A DNA stretch of 64,000 bases from an uncultured Gammaproteobacteria bacterium (lineage in GTDB: Bacteria > Pseudomonadota > Gammaproteobacteria > Thiohalobacterales > Thiohalobacteraceae), in NCBI GenBank assembly GCA_963696465.1, contig CAVOKC010000005.1, forward strand, positions 37,562 to 101,561, in the 5' to 3' direction. Below the pieces are notes generated by a model. That model was not told where the DNA came from, made no database searches, and saw nothing but the letters and a program-made list of their open reading frames with translations. The translations under genes and the position numbers were made by a program. Of the stretch, positions 62,334-64,000 are shown one piece after another (position 1 is the stretch's first letter; every line of letters begins with the position of its first letter).

Positions 62334-63641
62334 TTGGCCGTGACCTCACAGTTTCTCGGTATCGACGTCGGCACCTCCGGGGTACGCGCCTGCCTGATCG
62401 ACGCCGACGCGCGACTTCTCGATAGCGTCCATACCCCGCTTCCACTGCCGCGGCATGATGGCGCCCACTGCGAACAAGACCCGCAACTCTGGTGGCAGGC
62501 GCTCACGCACGTCCTTGATGAACTCGCGGCCCACCGCGACCTGCACGCCGTGACGGCGATGGCCCTTGATGCTACCTCGTCCACGCTGCTCGCCTGCAAT
62601 GCGCAAGGCGAACCCTTAGCGCCGGCACTGATGTACAACGATCGCCGCGCCGTTGACGAAGCCGCGCGCATCGCCGCCATCGCCCCGCGCGCGAGCGGCG
62701 CGCACGGCGCAAGCAGCAGCCTGTCCAAGGCGCTGTGGTTTTCGGCGCAAGCGCAGACACGCGCGGCGCATGGGTTCCTGCATCAGGCCGATTGGCTGAG
62801 CGGCCGACTGCTCGGACGCTTCGGCCACAGCGATGAAAACAATGCGCTCAAACTCGGCTACGATCCGATTGAGCGTTGTTGGCCAGACTGGATCGGCCAA
62901 TTGGACATAGACGCCACGCAGCTACCGTCCGTGGTCCCACCCGGCACCGACCTCGGCGCGTTGCACACGACCTGGGCACAGCGTTGGGGTATGCCGCACG
63001 CACACCTCCTGGCCGGCACCACCGACAGCACCGCCGCCTTTCTCGCCACCGGCGCGGATCGCATCGGCCAAGCTGTCACCAGTTTGGGCAGCACGCTGGT
63101 ATTGAAAATATTCGCCGAACGCCCAGTATTCGCGCCGGAGTACGGCGTCTACAGTCATCGTCTCGGTGATCGTTGGTTGGTCGGCGGCGCCTCCAACAGC
63201 GGTGGCGCAGTGTTACGGCAATTCTTCAGCGATGCACAGTTGCGCGCACTGGAGACACAACTGCATCCACAGACGCCTACCGGGCTCGATTACTATCCGC
63301 TCCCAAGTTGTGGCGAACGTTTTCCGATCAACGACCCGACGCTAGCACCGCGCATGGAACCACGTCCGGCCGATGCCATACAGTTTCTGCAAGGTCTGCT
63401 GGAAGGCATCGCAGGTATCGAACAACGTGGTTATGAATTGCTGCACAGCCTCGGCGCGCCTTACCCCAGCGAGGTCATCAGCAGCGGCGGTGGTGCCGCC
63501 AATGCGCCCTGGCGGCAGATACGCGCACGGTTGCTCGGTATCCCCGTGCGTCTCGCGCAACACCAGGATGCGGCATATGGTGCGGCACTCCTGGCACGTC
63601 AAGGAATCCAAACGCAATCACGGGAGCCCAGAACCACATGA
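62334..63641 (+). CDS. FGGY-family carbohydrate kinase
   Basis: 435-aa ORF with the N-terminal FLGIDVGTSGVRACLID motif and C-terminal GGGAANAPWRQIRARLLG. Substrate not assignable. Confidence 0.75.
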   Translation: MAVTSQFLGIDVGTSGVRACLIDADARLLDSVHTPLPLPRHDGAHCEQDPQLWWQALTHVLDELAAHRDLHAVTAMALDATSSTLLACNAQGEPLAPALMYNDRRAVDEAARIAAIAPRASGAHGASSSLSKALWFSAQAQTRAAHGFLHQADWLSGRLLGRFGHSDENNALKLGYDPIERCWPDWIGQLDIDATQLPSVVPPGTDLGALHTTWAQRWGMPHAHLLAGTTDSTAAFLATGADRIGQAVTSLGSTLVLKIFAERPVFAPEYGVYSHRLGDRWLVGGASNSGGAVLRQFFSDAQLRALETQLHPQTPTGLDYYPLPSCGERFPINDPTLAPRMEPRPADAIQFLQGLLEGIAGIEQRGYELLHSLGAPYPSEVISSGGGAANAPWRQIRARLLGIPVRLAQHQDAAYGAALLARQGIQTQSREPRTT

Positions 63642-64000
63642 ACGAAATCCTCAAAGGCTTTGGCTATGTGCTGGAGGGCCTGCGCCTGATCCGCGTAGCC
63701 GGATTGCGACGCTTTGTATTGGTGCCATTGTTGGTGAATACCGTGCTGTTCACCGGCCTGATGTTCGCCGCCGTCAGTGGTTTTGAACGACTACTCGACT
63801 ATCTGCTCGGCTTCCTGCCGGAGTGGCTGCATTGGCTGCAATATCTGCTGTGGCCGTTGTTTGCCGTCAGCGTGCTGTTGATTCTGGTCTACAGCTTCAC
63901 CCTGATAGCCAACCTCATCGCCGCGCCGTTCAATGGCATCCTCGCCGAGGCGGTTGAAAAACACCTCACCGGTCAAGCGCTGGAACAAACCGGCAATTGG
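63638..64000 (+). CDS. cysZ: sulfate transporter CysZ (5' part; runs off right edge)
   Basis: ATG 63638 overlaps the preceding stop (ATGA). The product is MNEILKGFGYVLEGLRLIRVAGLRRFVLVPLLVNTVLFTGLMF...FLPEWLHWLQYLLWPLFAVSVLLILVYSFTLIANLIAAPFNGILAEAVEKHLTG, collinear with CysZ. Confidence 0.75.
   Translation, partial: MNEILKGFGYVLEGLRLIRVAGLRRFVLVPLLVNTVLFTGLMFAAVSGFERLLDYLLGFLPEWLHWLQYLLWPLFAVSVLLILVYSFTLIANLIAAPFNGILAEAVEKHLTGQALEQTGNW

Overview
64-kb chromosomal window from a GC-rich Gram-negative, gammaproteobacterium-like genome (smc-zipA-ligA, lolA-ftsK and serS-crcB-rarA synteny). Content from left to right: (i) a ~10-kb co-directional minus-strand cluster behind a strong sigma-54 promoter match. 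It encodes an RND adaptor and permease, three signal-peptide-bearing low-complexity (Pro/Gln/Gly/Tyr repeat) proteins, a LolA-like periplasmic protein, TPR and membrane proteins, and a dynamin-like GTPase. (ii) Two paralogous PAS-AAA+-HTH sigma-54 activators flanking tRNA-Val(CAC). (iii) A SlyD-like FKBP, an SCP2 protein and a ~940-aa PKD plus nine-haem c-type cytochrome. (iv) An alpha/beta hydrolase, an orphan membrane/HATPase pair, a second Gly/Tyr-rich secreted protein and an MFS transporter. (v) An AcrAB-like pump. (vi) A housekeeping block: serS, DUF190, crcB, rarA, lolA, ftsK. (vii) A VWA plus acidic coiled-coil pair, tpm, IclR, a divergent phosphoketolase/transketolase-like gene, a DUF1537-type kinase and glcDEF. 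(viii) A visibly lower-GC segment with a LamG-cadherin-FN3 surface protein, slyD, PilZ and DUF1631. (ix) ligA, zipA, smc, queF, an FGGY kinase and cysZ. At least five families of REP/MITE-like intergenic repeats are present. Major caveat: dozens of +/-1 frame breaks interrupt conserved, normally essential genes (serS, ligA, ftsK, smc and others). They are concentrated in the most GC-rich stretches and, where I could resolve them, sit at short homopolymers. Most 'pseudogenes' listed here are therefore probably sequencing or assembly indels, not biology. I saw no CRISPR array, rRNA, integrase, transposase or recognisable phage/defence genes. Best candidates for something undescribed: the sigma-54/RND/low-complexity-protein/dynamin cluster, the PKD-multihaem cytochrome locus, and the IclR/phosphoketolase-like/DUF1537-kinase/glcDEF cluster.
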